Position numbers and translations under genes: made by a program. Below the pieces are notes generated by a model. The model ran no database searches. It was given only the letters and a program-made list of their open reading frames with translations, and was not told the DNA's origin. A stretch of DNA of 64,000 nt from Podarcis melisellensis (lineage: Eukaryota), in assembly GCA_964234715.1 (NCBI GenBank), contig OZ174279.1; one strand, given 5' to 3'. The number at the start of each line of letters is the position of its first letter. The stretch's first letter is position 1. Below are positions 41,136 through 53,205 of the stretch, one piece after another.

Positions 41136-43689
41136 GTCTAGAACATTGGCAAGGGGAGAAACAATGGAGCGGGGTGCAAGGGCAATGGAAGAGGGTGTTT
41201 GGGGGCATGGAAGCCCCACTTCCACACACAACTTTTGTCTCCCAACTCTGCTTTTTGAAAAGAGGCACCTAGGCTTTGGAAATTTAATTTGGCAGCCTAA
41301 TGTGTTCTATCAGTCTGAGTCTCTTAAGTGTCACTGCAACTGGTGTTTCCTTGATTCTTTTATAGAACACTCTAGTGTCTATATGCTTCACTGTAGGGTA
41401 ATGCTTTCACATATTCTGCAGTCCCTCTTCACAATGCCCACATTTACTGTGGTTCTGTTCTTTAATACCCCACTCCTGCAATTACCTGCTAGGCGGTTTG
41501 CTGGAGTCTCATGCTAACAAGATGCACTGCAGGTAAGCACAGCTCCTTACACCTCCCAAAATTAGCTAAGAAAACTCCAGTGGTCATGGGCTGGAAGGTG
41601 GAATCAGGAGACCTGGGTTCAAATCCCTAGGCAACCCTAGACTCAGTGAATGGCCTTTCCCAGGTTTAGTTCTCTATGTGTATAGCATAAATAATGGTGA
41701 CCCATCTCATCACAGAACTATTATGTGAAGATAAGTGAAGTAAAAATGTTGTTTCTCCCCCTGGGGCTTAGTGAGTGAGTCTCCATTATTAAACAACTAC
41801 CCCACCCTATCTGAAATGTCCTTGGGACATTTCTGTCTGACTTTGTGTACAGTCACTGTAACTGTTCCCTATTCACACTGGCACATCTTGTCTATGAAAA
41901 CACCTTTGATCCGAGAGCACCTTTTTGCTCTGGTGCTGTTTACCCACATGCCCCACTGGTAATGCCAGTGAAGGAGTAAAGGCAACTTTGGGTGAGTTTC
42001 CTTAGGGTTGAAACATGAAGCATGGATTTGGTGGTACAAAGGGAGCTATCAAAGGACAGAGCACTGCAGACAACTGTTCCTGCAGCACTAAATGCAGAGA
42101 AAGAACCTGGGGATGAATAGCTATGGGTAAATCTATCTAAGTATATGAACTATCCCTTTCTGTGGCTGATCCACAGAGAACAAGGGAGTCTTTTACAGCC
42201 TATTTCAGAGCCTGGCTCTTTAGCGCAAGCTGTAGAGACTCACGCTTTCAGCTCTGGAGGTCCCCGTTTCAATCTCTGGGGTCTGTCAAGATGGCAGCCG
42301 TCACATATGCACCTATGAATCAGAAGGGAAAGTGTAGGTCCAGAATAAAAATTGAAAGCCCTAACAAAGCACATTGATTACCCTGTTTTGCATGTGGTCC
42401 TCACAATGATGTCATCTATGACCTGGGGCTAAGTTATGCTTATAGCTACTCCAGACAATGGGCAGGCAAGCACACACACACACACTCACTCACTCTTGGC
42501 TTTCCTCACTTCATCCAACTTATTTTTGCTTTCAAACAGGAAAACTGCAGTATTATCTAATCAGCCTCTGTTACTTTACCACCAAAGAGGAAAAGGAGCA
42601 CATTAGCAAATCACAAAGCTAGATAAATTGCTAATATTTTGTTACATACTCACTAACACAGAGAGAATAAGCTACAGTCTGATATGTATCTACACAATAC
42701 AGGGGGCGTGGGGGTGCTGTTCTGAAAATACCATATTCACATTGAGTTTTCCCCTGCAACATATAATATTCCTTGTCCCATGTCATGGCATCATCATGTG
42801 CCCCTCCCTGCGTTTGACAGAAGCAGGGGCAGACTTTGGTAATATGGTGTCCTGAGCAAGGGCAAAATTTGATGCCTTCCCCCCCAATATTTATTATTTT
42901 CGCAGTAATTACTTTTGGTGCAGTTGCTTTTTAAATTGATCTTCTCAGTAGGTACTCATATAAATTGTTGTTGTCATTTTGCGTGCCCTGTGCAGGGGAA
43001 CATCCCGCACAACCCTAAATCCTGCGCTGCCAGTAGCAGCAGCCAATAGCATGGACTGGGAGTGAAGACAGACATGGAATGCTGCAACCATGACACAAGG
43101 CCATCATTTCTACATGTTACAGGTATAAAGGGAGAATACTTGACATGGGGATACCTATCATCTTGCTCATAATAATACTTTTTTATTTATACCCTGGCCC
43201 ATCTGGCTGGGTTTCCCCAGCCATTCTGGGCGGCTTCCAGAATATGTAGTTCTGCCCCAAGACACAAGGGAAACACTTTGAAAGAAATATTGAGGTTGCT
43301 GTTTTAAACTGCAGACTATGTGAATTGATGCGCGAGGAATCTGACATTCCCAAAGACATCTGTGAAAAACAGTATTAATCTCAGAGTCACAACACTGGAC
43401 ATTAACCACTTAGCAGCTCTGATGGGGAAACAAGTAATGCAGGTAGTAAAACAATTGGAGAGTAGAGTTAATCCGTAACTGTGAGGGCTGGTGCCAGAGG
43501 CTGGCTCAGACAGGCATGTGCTGGAGTGCAGAGCATTCTGAAAGGCCCAGTGAAGTGATTGTGCCATCGTTTTCACTCTGCCTGGTGGGCCAAGAAGACT
43601 GGAGGCTTTCTCAGAAGCAAAGTGAGAAACAGCACAGAGGACTAGAGTGTATGTGTATGACAGACCAGTTGAGCATATAAGCATGAAAA

Positions 43690-43858
43690 TCTGCCTAATA
43701 TGGAGCTCATCTTGCCCAGTGTTGACTACTCATTGACAGCAGCTCCCCAGGGTTTCAGTAATGGGTTCCCCACAGCCTTGATACCCGATATCTGTAATTG
43801 GAAATGCCAGGGACTGAACCATGTGCAAGGCATAGGCTGCCTCAGTGAGCTACAGCCG
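43690..43858 (-). mobile_element. Squam3-like tRNA SINE, decayed
   Basis: Reverse-complement similarity to the 2520-2700 element (cagcagctccccagggtttcag...gggactgaacc...tgagctacagcc). Confidence 0.55.
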
Positions 43859-45550
43859 CTGTCTCCGAAGTGAGAGCTTGATAGGGGGAAAGCAGGATGG
43901 GAGGTTAGGGGAGAGAGACAGAACTAGGAAAGGAGGGCAGGGGAAAGGTGGAGGACAAAGTGAGCACTAGAGTGGGCCTGATCCCCATGCCAGGAGATAC
44001 CAGGTATAGCTGAAGAAGACCCCAGCCACATCTCTCCCTTATGCGTCATATGCCACTGACTGAAACCAGTGTACTGTGACCAGACCAGATACACTAGACT
44101 AGAGTGTTCAACAGGAACTTGACATTAAAAAAAAAAATCATTCTAAAGAATTGAACTATAAGAAACCTGCCAATATAAGATAAAACTAACTAACTTTGAG
44201 GCGAGCCAGTGTGGTGTATTGCTTAGTGTGTTGAACTTTAACCCAAGAGACTTGGGTTCAAATCTATGATGAGCTGTGGGTGACTCACCTTTCCTTCGCC
44301 TAACTCCTCTCACAAGGTTGTTGTGAGCTTAAATACTGCCCTCATCCCTTTTGTGTCTAAATAAAATTTATATATTACTAGAAACGTCCCTTCCTCACCC
44401 TACTCAAATTCACTGAGCTCAGGTGAGGACCTTGGGGTGCTCTGTAATACATCCTGTTGCAAAGGGGTAAATGTAGAGTCCCTTCTGGAACTGGCTCCTT
44501 GCACTGCTCCTTTTATGCTGGGAATCCTAATCAATGAGGCAGCTCCTTCTTACAGCTCCCAGTAAGGGCAACATTGCTGTAGGAACTAGCTGAATCCCTG
44601 ACTCCTCCCAGGTTGCCTTGGGCTCCAGGCATTATTAGGGCAGCATGAAAAGCAGCAGCTTCCTTGCTGCCAGGAGAATGCCAGAACGGGGGCTTAGATG
44701 ACAAGATGCTACAGAAGACATTTCTCTTGTCTCTGTACCAGTTGTGCAGAAGAGGAAACTTTGGCGCATGCAGCTTGACATGTCATACTACCGCTGCAGG
44801 ACTGAGAAAAAATTGTACTTGTCAAGATTCCATCTTTTAAAAACCACTGAAAGCTTCAAAAGCTTAGTTCTTTATTGCTGTGTTTTTCAAACTGTGTTCT
44901 GGGGACCTCTAGAGTTCTTCAATGAGAAAAATCATGAAATGTGGGCAAGCTGCCCAAGACAACATCTTTATCACAACCAAATCCATCCCTGCCATGCAGA
45001 GCCACATGAGATTTTTTGGTAGCATGCTTCATTCAATGGGCCTCCCTAACAAAAATGGGCCTGGCTAATGCCCAGTGTTTCCCATCCTTTTTCTGACTGT
45101 GGCCCCCTTTCAACCTTGTTTCCTTCCTGTGCCCCCCATGGGCATAGCCAAGGGGGGCAGGGTAGCTGTCCCCCAGTAAGTAAAAATTGATACAAATCTG
45201 ATACAAAATTGACAAAAATCCTGGCTGCATCCATGCCCCTGCCCTACTGGTAGAAAAGTAGTGATTTAAATGTTTTGTTTGTAAATAGAACATTTTATAT
45301 ATTTTAAAAAATAATTTATAAAAAATACAATTACATAAAATGATAGGAACATAATGAAATATTGCTGAAGCAGAAAAACATAGAATCACAGCGCTGGAAG
45401 GAACCCCAAGGGTCCACTTTCTAGTGCAACCGCCTGCAATATAGGAAACTCAGCGAATGCATCCATGGCAGATGGCCATCCATCCTCTGCTTAGAAAGAA
45501 AGGAGAGTCCACAACCTCCCGAGGGAGATCCAACTTCCATGTATTATTAA

Positions 45551-45882
45551 AAGAAAAGGTATCCCTGACCGTTAGGTCCAGTCACGGACGAATCTGGGGT
45601 TGTGCGCTCATCTCGCTCTATAGGCTGAGGGAGCCTGCATTTGTCTGCAGACAGCTTCTGGGTCATGTGACCAGCATGACTAAGCCACTTCTGGTGAACC
45701 AGAGCAGCACACGGAAACACTGTTTACCTTCCCGCCAGAGTGGTACCTATTTATCTACTTGCACTTGACGTGCTTTCAAACTGCTAGGTTGGCAGGAGTT
45801 GGGAACAAACAACGGGAGCTCACCCTGTCACGGGGATTCGAACTGCTGACCTTTCGATCGGCAAGCCCTAGGCTCTGTGGTT
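45551..45882 (-). mobile_element. Sauria SINE, slightly 5'-truncated
   Basis: Reverse complement of the 2742-3119 family: ggtacctatttatctacttgcac core, ggggattcgaac B box. Confidence 0.88.
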
Positions 45883-46106
45883 ATTTGACACAGAGGTGGA
45901 AATCTACAGATACAGTCCAAAAGGCACACAGGGAGTTTTGTATATATGAGAGAATTTTAAAAAACAAGCGCTCCTCACTGACCTGGTGCAAAAAGATATT
46001 GTCATCCAGAAGAGCCCTGGCTGCCTAGATAAAACACTATAGTCCTCTACACCCTGACATGGAATAAAGCCCACTCAACTCAGTGTGGCTTTCTTCTGAG
46101 TAGACA

Positions 46107-46273
46107 AAACAAAACAAAAAATTTCCCTTCCAGTAGCACCTTAAAGACCAACTAAGTTAGTTCTTGGTATGAGCTCATACCAAGAACTAACTTAGTTGGT
46201 CTTTAAGGTGCTACTGGAAGGGGAAATTTTTTTTTGTTTTGACTATGGCAGACCAACATGGCTACCTATCTGT
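46107..46273. mobile_element. Penelope-like retroelement remnant containing a perfect 98-bp palindrome (46125-46222), with a 13-bp TSD
   Basis: Palindrome centred on GAGCTC (46171-46176); TTCTGAGTAGACA at 46094-46106 and 46274-46286; ccagtagcaccttaaagaccaac resembles lizard Penelope ends (recall). Confidence 0.75.
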
Positions 46274-46450
46274 TTCTGAGTAGACAGTTAGTTATTTACT
46301 AGATGCAAGTTAGCAGCACCAGACAACCCTGCTCGGCTAAGTGCTGGGGTCGATTTCACCCCGCACCTTGCAGAACCTGGCCGACGCTGTCAATGGGCCC
46401 TGTGCCCCTTGGCAACATCTGCCCAGCACTGGCGGCAGCAACAACCCACC

Positions 46451-46640
46451 ACTTACCTGACTTGGGGGTTCTAGATCGCGGGCTCTACTGGTCAAAACAG
46501 GAGCCTCAGCTATCGCCCTCTTCTGCCAGAAACAAACCAGGACAGCTCCAAGAAAACTCACATGGCAAACAGGAGCGCTAGGCCCTGGTGGGCCGCCCCC
46601 TTACATGCTTGTGATTGGCCAAGTGGATAGCCAGCCAATC
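46451..46640 (-). promoter_or_regulatory. Candidate internal promoter and non-coding alternative first exon of ZMIZ1
   Basis: Two NF-Y-type CCAAT boxes (ATTGG 46614-18, CCAAT 46635-39), GC box 46593-98, locally raised CpG, and a consensus donor CAG|GTAAGT at 46457/46456 in ZMIZ1 sense. Confidence 0.45.
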
Positions 46641-48304
46641 AGGATTTAAATGATCTCCCCCCCTTTCACTTCTCACTTTTGTCTGTGACGCCCTAGTCTT
46701 GTGCTCTGCCACCCCTTTACGCATTTTTCACCTGTGGCTCCCTTGGCATATCCTGCCCCCCCCCCTTGAGGGCCATATGGCCCTCGTTTGGGAAACACTG
46801 TTTTAAAATATCCTTCAGAACCTTTAGGAAAATGTAGTGGTTCCTTTGTAGACGTATGGGGCTCTTCCGCATTCAAATGGTTAGGCAAAGTGTTATGTAA
46901 TGCAAGAAAGCCTGAAAACCACTCCTGCTGAATTGGACTGCCAATGGTAGAATTGGATACTCTTCTATCTTTTTTTAAAAAAGTCAGCAGACAAACCTCA
47001 CAACCTGAGAGAAAAAGTAAGGTAACAGACTATGTTTGGAAGATGCTTTTTTATTATTTATTTGTTATATTACCCTTCAGTTGGAAGAGCCCAATCCTAC
47101 TAGGAATAGCAATGAAGAAAAGTTTCTCAATATAGATTTAAGGGCACACTGACAGCAGCACTCAATAAACCACCCTCTCCCTTGTGTTCCTCTCACTATT
47201 TACATATCTGAAAACTTCAGATTTTAAATGCTGCAGCCTTCAAACATTCTCATCATTTACGGGTCATCTTGCACGTTTATAATAAAGCAACATATACTGA
47301 CTCTTTTCTGAAAAGCTCTTCATATACACCTCAGAAATGAACTGCAGTGAACTACAACATACCAGAAGCAAGCTAATTTAAATTTTTCTGCACCATTTAA
47401 CTGTTCCTGCTACTAGTACATCATACATTCATTTTAAGAAATTCCAACTGTGCTCAAAAGTTTCAGAGGAAGAGTAAGCTGACTTCAGGAAAGAAATTGT
47501 GGAATTATCTGTACACTGACAGCAACTAAGAAACCAAACCTCTTTAACTGTGATGTGTGGTAACCAGGTCAACAGATTTCTCATGATTGTGAGATTCGAA
47601 TTGCACTTGACTTGCTCTCACTTACACATGCCTGAAACACGGACTTGACCCAATACGCTGGAAAAGTCACCGGACATTAACCTTCCTGTTCACTAAAGAG
47701 AAGCAGGTATATCTTAACCAAAACTGCCAGCATCTTAAGATAGTGTGTGATGAGAACTGTGACTAAGGGCTCGTCCACACTTGGCTTTGTTCTGCATTTC
47801 TAGCCACAGGTCTGGGCTTTGCAGGTCTGTGTCTGAGCACTTTTTATTTTTGTTTTGCCCTGGCGCATGGGTCTAGAGAGTGTAGGGTAAAATATATGTG
47901 TGGCTGTGGCCTTGTTGTGCCTTTGGGGCCCTGCCTGCTTTCTGAAGCGGAGAGTTCCAGGATGACAATTCCATGAGAATTCCACTGGTGAATTCCTTTT
48001 GACTAGAGTCAGACTCTTACACTTAGAGGAGGGCAGTGAAGAATTTTCCTTTAGGCAGTGACTGAGGTGAGGAAGTTGTCTTCTACTGCACTGCAGCACA
48101 TGGCTTCGTTCATTTGAGCCAATGGTCCTGAGGTATTGGCCTTTTAAGTGCCATTCTGAAAGGCAATGGGACTGGATCTAGCCCACAGTGGGTTACCTGG
48201 GCATTTGCAGGGTCAATCCAGGACATTTTGGTGCCCACGCAGAGCATCTTGTGCAAGCCTTAACAAAACAAATGGAAAATGCTGAGGATAACTACTCTGT
48301 AGAT

Positions 48305-49318
48305 CAGTGTTTTTCAACCTTTTTTGGGCAAAGGCACACTTGTTTCATGAAAAAAAATCACGAGGCACACCACCATCAGAAAATGTTAAAAGTTTTAACT
48401 CTGTGCCTATATTGACTATATATGAAGTAATTCTCTTGAATAGGAATCAAATAAACACAAAGAAAGTATTTTATAATTACTTTATTATGAAATAGTAAGT
48501 AAACAGAAATATGAAAAATTATAAAATACTTTATTCAGTGCGCAACCTGGGCCTGTTGACTGAACACAAAGCTGATATTCTGGCTGGAATTGAAGAAAGA
48601 CACACACGTAGGTCTTCGTCAACAGCTCTCAGTCTCTGTATTTAGTTTTTATAGCAATCATGCTTGAAAAGCTCATCTCAAACAGATATGTAGTGGAAAA
48701 TGGGAGCAATGTCAAAATAGCTTTGTTTGCCAGAAGGGGGAACTCCTTGGCAGTATCCAACCAAAAACTGTCCAAAGGTAGATAAGCAAATCTTAGCTTG
48801 ATACCACAATTTTTTCTCAGTTCAGTTAGTTCCTCCTGCTCCTGTAAAGTCATGTCCTTTCCACCAACTGATGCTGAGCTATAAGGGTCCCTAACCCAGT
48901 CAAGGCATTCAGTGGAGACTGAAGAGAAATAACATGACAACTTCTCCAGTCCTCCCGGTGACTCGAGTCATGACATCTTCTTCTCTCCGCTGCTGCGCAC
49001 ACTGTGCTGGGGCGGGAAGGAAGTCGGAGGATGATGTCCTACTGTGATAGGTCCAGGCTGGAGTCTGGACCAATCACAGCCCGGACATCAGAAAAGTGGA
49101 GGGTGTCCCCCTGAGGAGCGCCAATCAGCGCCCCTGCTGGCCAAGGGTGGGGTCAAAAACCCCACCCCCCATACCCAGGACACAGTCCGGCGCCTGCCTA
49201 GTGGGCGAAAATTTGAATTTTTTTTTAATCTTTCAAATTTTTCAATTTTTCCCATGGCACACCAGGCAACATCTCGCAGCACACTAGTGTGCCGCGGAAC
49301 AGTGGTTGAAAAACACTG
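48305..49318 (-). mobile_element. Internally deleted hAT-Charlie/Buster-type DNA transposon, 1014 bp
   Basis: TIRs CAGTGTTTTTCAACC / GGTTGAAAAACACTG; perfect TSD CTGTAGAT at 48297-48304 and 49319-49326. Confidence 0.92.
48536..48940 (-). pseudogene. hAT transposase C-terminal (dimerisation domain) fragment, frameshifted
   Basis: WVRDPY...[44 protein letters not shown], then after frameshifts [29 protein letters not shown]. Confidence 0.85.
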
Positions 49319-52300
49319 CTGTAGATTATACCTTCTGTTGCTCCAAGTCTGGCCCTCAAAATGGTGGCTTCACCTTGCCTCATGGCAAGATTGTATCTTC
49401 TGACTGCATTAATATACGGCTCCAAAGAAAAGCAAAAACTTAACAACTCTGGAAGGACCAACCAAAAGTTACAAAGTAATGAGCTAGTAAGATGCTGTTG
49501 GTAAAGGGGATGCTAGAGGCACACCTGGCAATTCTTTGCAGATAAATGCAGTGAGTATGTTTAGAATATCTATCAATGAAATGAAAAGAGGAATTTCTTT
49601 TTTTTTTTACTATGTGCAGGTGGGAGATATGCAAATAAAACTGTTTCTGTAAAACTCATTCACATGTCTCTTACATGTACTTTGTTTAATCTTCATCTAA
49701 TAGAGACTTCTGTGTCCCAATCTGAATTATTTATTTCTATAGAGTTCTTTTCCTAAAACTGTTTACAACCCTTATCTCTGTTATTCTCCCAACAACCTTC
49801 TGAGGTGAGACTAGGATGTAAGAGAGTGAGTTGTCAAAAGCCACACACTATTCTGATGGACAGCTGGTGTGGTGTCGTGGGTACAATAACAGAGTTAGGC
49901 CAGGGAGATCATCACTCAACCATAAATCTCACTAGATGATACCTCTGCCTCTACCTCTACCTGTGAAAATAAATATGTAATCATGTACATCACTCTGAGC
50001 TCCTTGGAGGGGGAAGTAGGATAAAAATGTAGTAAGATAATACTTCATGGTTGAGCAAGTATTTGATTCTTGGTTCACCATGTTCAATATTTTATCCACT
50101 GCATAAAATGCTCAGAATTTTACACCCCCTTAGCCTCAGATTTGGTGTATTTAGACCTACAAAGCCTAAGCATAGTATTTGATGAAATACTTGCATGTTT
50201 ATGTGCTAAGGTATGCCACGTTAGCAAATTCTGCATTGCACATCAGACAGTCAAACTATGTGGTTGCTCTCAGTATACAGCCACATTACTCCTCCCTTGG
50301 TGTTTTTTTACTCCTACACTATGCTGAGTTGAGGTCTCATTCAAACCTGGGCTTATGCTTAAGCTCTCTCCTCACTAATCACAAGCTGTAGCCAAGAACA
50401 AACTCACTGTAACCAATGCAAACATTATGATCCTTAGGTGTAACCTGCAGAGCACCTAGTAGAAACTAAGGCTGCATTCCCATGACAATTTAATCCACCA
50501 TGATGTTTCCCTAACTGTTAAGTTCTGCACTATATTTGAGATTTCAGTTCTAGAACTATTGTGGAATATAGAACTCCTTTCCATATTATGTGCGCAGTGT
50601 TTTATTCTGGAAGCAAATAACACAGAAATAAGCATGAAACTTCCACTATATTCCACTAGAGTTCCAAAAGTGGCTTTTACATCATGTGAAGGTTCAACGA
50701 TAATGTGGAACTTAACAGTTAGGGGAAAGTCATGAAAACAAAATGAACTGGGTTGTGGATGTGGTCTAAGTCTGCCAACTCTTTCTATTAGATAATGTTT
50801 TCAATGATGAAGCAAAAATATGAGCACTGAAGCAAGAGTATACCATTCCATTGGAAATCGGGTTACTAAACATTGTCTAAACACTGTGACCACTGCAGCT
50901 TATTTCTCCCCAACCCCATCTGTCTTCCCTCTTTGCTTAACATCCAGCCTGACTTTATGGAGAACTCAAAAGGTTTCTCACCATTTTGTGATACTTTAGT
51001 TGACCCTAATAAAGACCTTGACCTAATGAGGTTGTTGGTATATCCATTTGGAGAATAAGATGCTATAAATCATACAAGCAGATGGCAGAACACGGTCCTC
51101 TTAGATTAGGGAAAGAGGTTGAAGTTTTATTTAGAAGCTCAGTTTGGATGATTCTGGATTTGGAAGCAAAGCAGTTGGGATCCAAAGAACAGCACAATTA
51201 GTTCTACGCACCAAAGGTCTTGTGTTTCTCAAACAGCAGTCTCCACTTTTGAAAGGGGCTTTCAAAAGCAGTTTGTGATATGGCACAGGTGTCTGCTGTT
51301 TAAAGCCAAAGAAGTCATCTGCCAGTGGCCATGCCCAAGTTCTTGAGTGTGCCCCAAAGAACTCTTTAGAGCCCAGCCAAGAGTGTATAGCTGAGGCCAA
51401 CCCCATAAACGCTTGGTGCCCATGTAAACTCTACACAGAAAAACATACACAGCATGCTAGGAAAATGATCAAACTACGTTGGAAAGGAAGAGAGTTGTTA
51501 CAGAAAATGCACCCCAGATATTGGATTTATTTATTACTATACTTTCAAATTATGGGATAGATCAACTCCCCCCCCCCTTCCAAAAAAAGATTCTAATGCT
51601 GCGCTCAATTCCGGCATTCAGGTAGACTATACACATACACACATTGCTACAGCCGCCCTACGACAAATCCCACCTGCAATTAACATCCCACCTGTTACCT
51701 GTGTTCCAAAGACACTAAAAATGCCTCACAATCATTTGCAGGTTGACATACACAATTTAATCTTTATTGCATTTCACAGCATCAGCCAGCCCTGTTTCAT
51801 CCATGATTTATTCAACCCATGTGCCAGCATTCAAAGGAAATTTCTCCGTTTACCCCGTTAAGTAGCAAGGCATTAATTTTACTTGTACTTATCAAAATAC
51901 CTTAGGATTCTATATCCAGTTGATCCTTCAATAATGAGGATAACAATAATTTTAAAAACCAAACCAAGACACCCACCCAGTATTCTACCATTGCCTGTTG
52001 CCTTGGTAATCCAAACGCCCAGGAACTCACTGATTATCGGTGAATGGGAATGGCATTGTTCACACCGCAGTGCCTCTGCTATGTTAATGTGAGATAATGG
52101 CAGCCAGAAGAATCCTTTTGTTCCCAGCTTTGCTGTTTATTCATAGTGCCTGGAGGTCAGCAATTGCTACAACAATCAGGAAAGGAGCTACTGAAACAGA
52201 TTCCACTTCTGGGTTTTGTTTTGTTTTTCTTTTTGCCTCCAAAACCAGAGAGAGAGGAAGAAGAAAGAAGCTCTGCACAGAAACCAGGGAACTGAAGGAT

Positions 52301-52809
52301 GATCTACAGGGAGAGTGAATCAGAGAAGGTATAGCAGGCAGCATGAATGAAGGGTTTGATGGACTTGCGTCTGTAAATCCAGCTAGTATGCTAGTATGCA
52401 TGCCCAAAGAACAGCAAAAATAGCTTTTGAAAAGAAGAGACAAGACACTATTATTTAGCATTTTTGCCCCCCCTACATAAACCCAGCCATGCCATGCTGA
52501 TTAATCTATTTTAGATTAATTTTAATAGCTTAATCATTTGCAGTAACTAACTTTTTATTGGAATCAGTTCTTTCCAACATTAATCTATTATCACATTTCT
52601 ATTTGTATTTGTATTTATTTACATATTCACCAGCTTCATGTGCTGTCCTTTCAATGAGTTCAGTGTGACATATATGGGAGCTATCAATTTTTATCCTTAA
52701 CAACAAGCCTGTGAGGTGGTATGGGCTCAAAGTGTGTGACTAGTCCAGGGTCACTCAGGAAATTTCCTGGCAGAGTAAGAATCTGATCTCCCAGATCCAC
52801 ATCCACTCA

Positions 52810-53205
52810 ATGTGATGCTGCCCTTGAAAATGGCCTGGAGATCACAGCCAGAGCAAATTGCGACTGCCAGACTGATTTGACCACTCACAGCTACATCACA
52901 TCAATTATAAAAGGTATGTGCTGGCTTCCTATATGCTACAAAGCTGAATTTAAAGTGTTGACATATGAAGTCCTGAGTGCTGGGAATCCATTATCTGAAG
53001 GGGCAATTATCTCTGCATTGCCCAGTCCATTATTTAAGATCTGCCAGGAAAGGCCTTCTTGCTATATGTGGAATCTGGGGACCTGGTACTTGGAACAGGG
53101 CCTTCCTGGTGGTGGCAAGCCAATTGTGGAATATTCATCCCTTAAAATCTGGATGATTAGTTTTATGCATCAGCAGAAAACATACTTCTTCCTACAGGCC
53201 TTCAG
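52810..53205 (+). mobile_element. Old L2 LINE ORF2 C-terminal fragment
   Basis: ORF 52877 segment YITSIIKGMCWLPICYKAEFKVLTYEVL resembles the L2 motif HITPxLxxLHWLPxxxRIxFKxLxLxYKAL. Confidence 0.65.

Noticed and set aside
45073-46800. Single large hAT element bounded by CAGTGTTTCCCA / TGGGAAACACTG
   Set aside because: The flanking 8-mers do not match (CTAATGCC vs TTTTAAAA); more likely two independent fragments. If it were one element, the candidate promoter would be transposon-derived.
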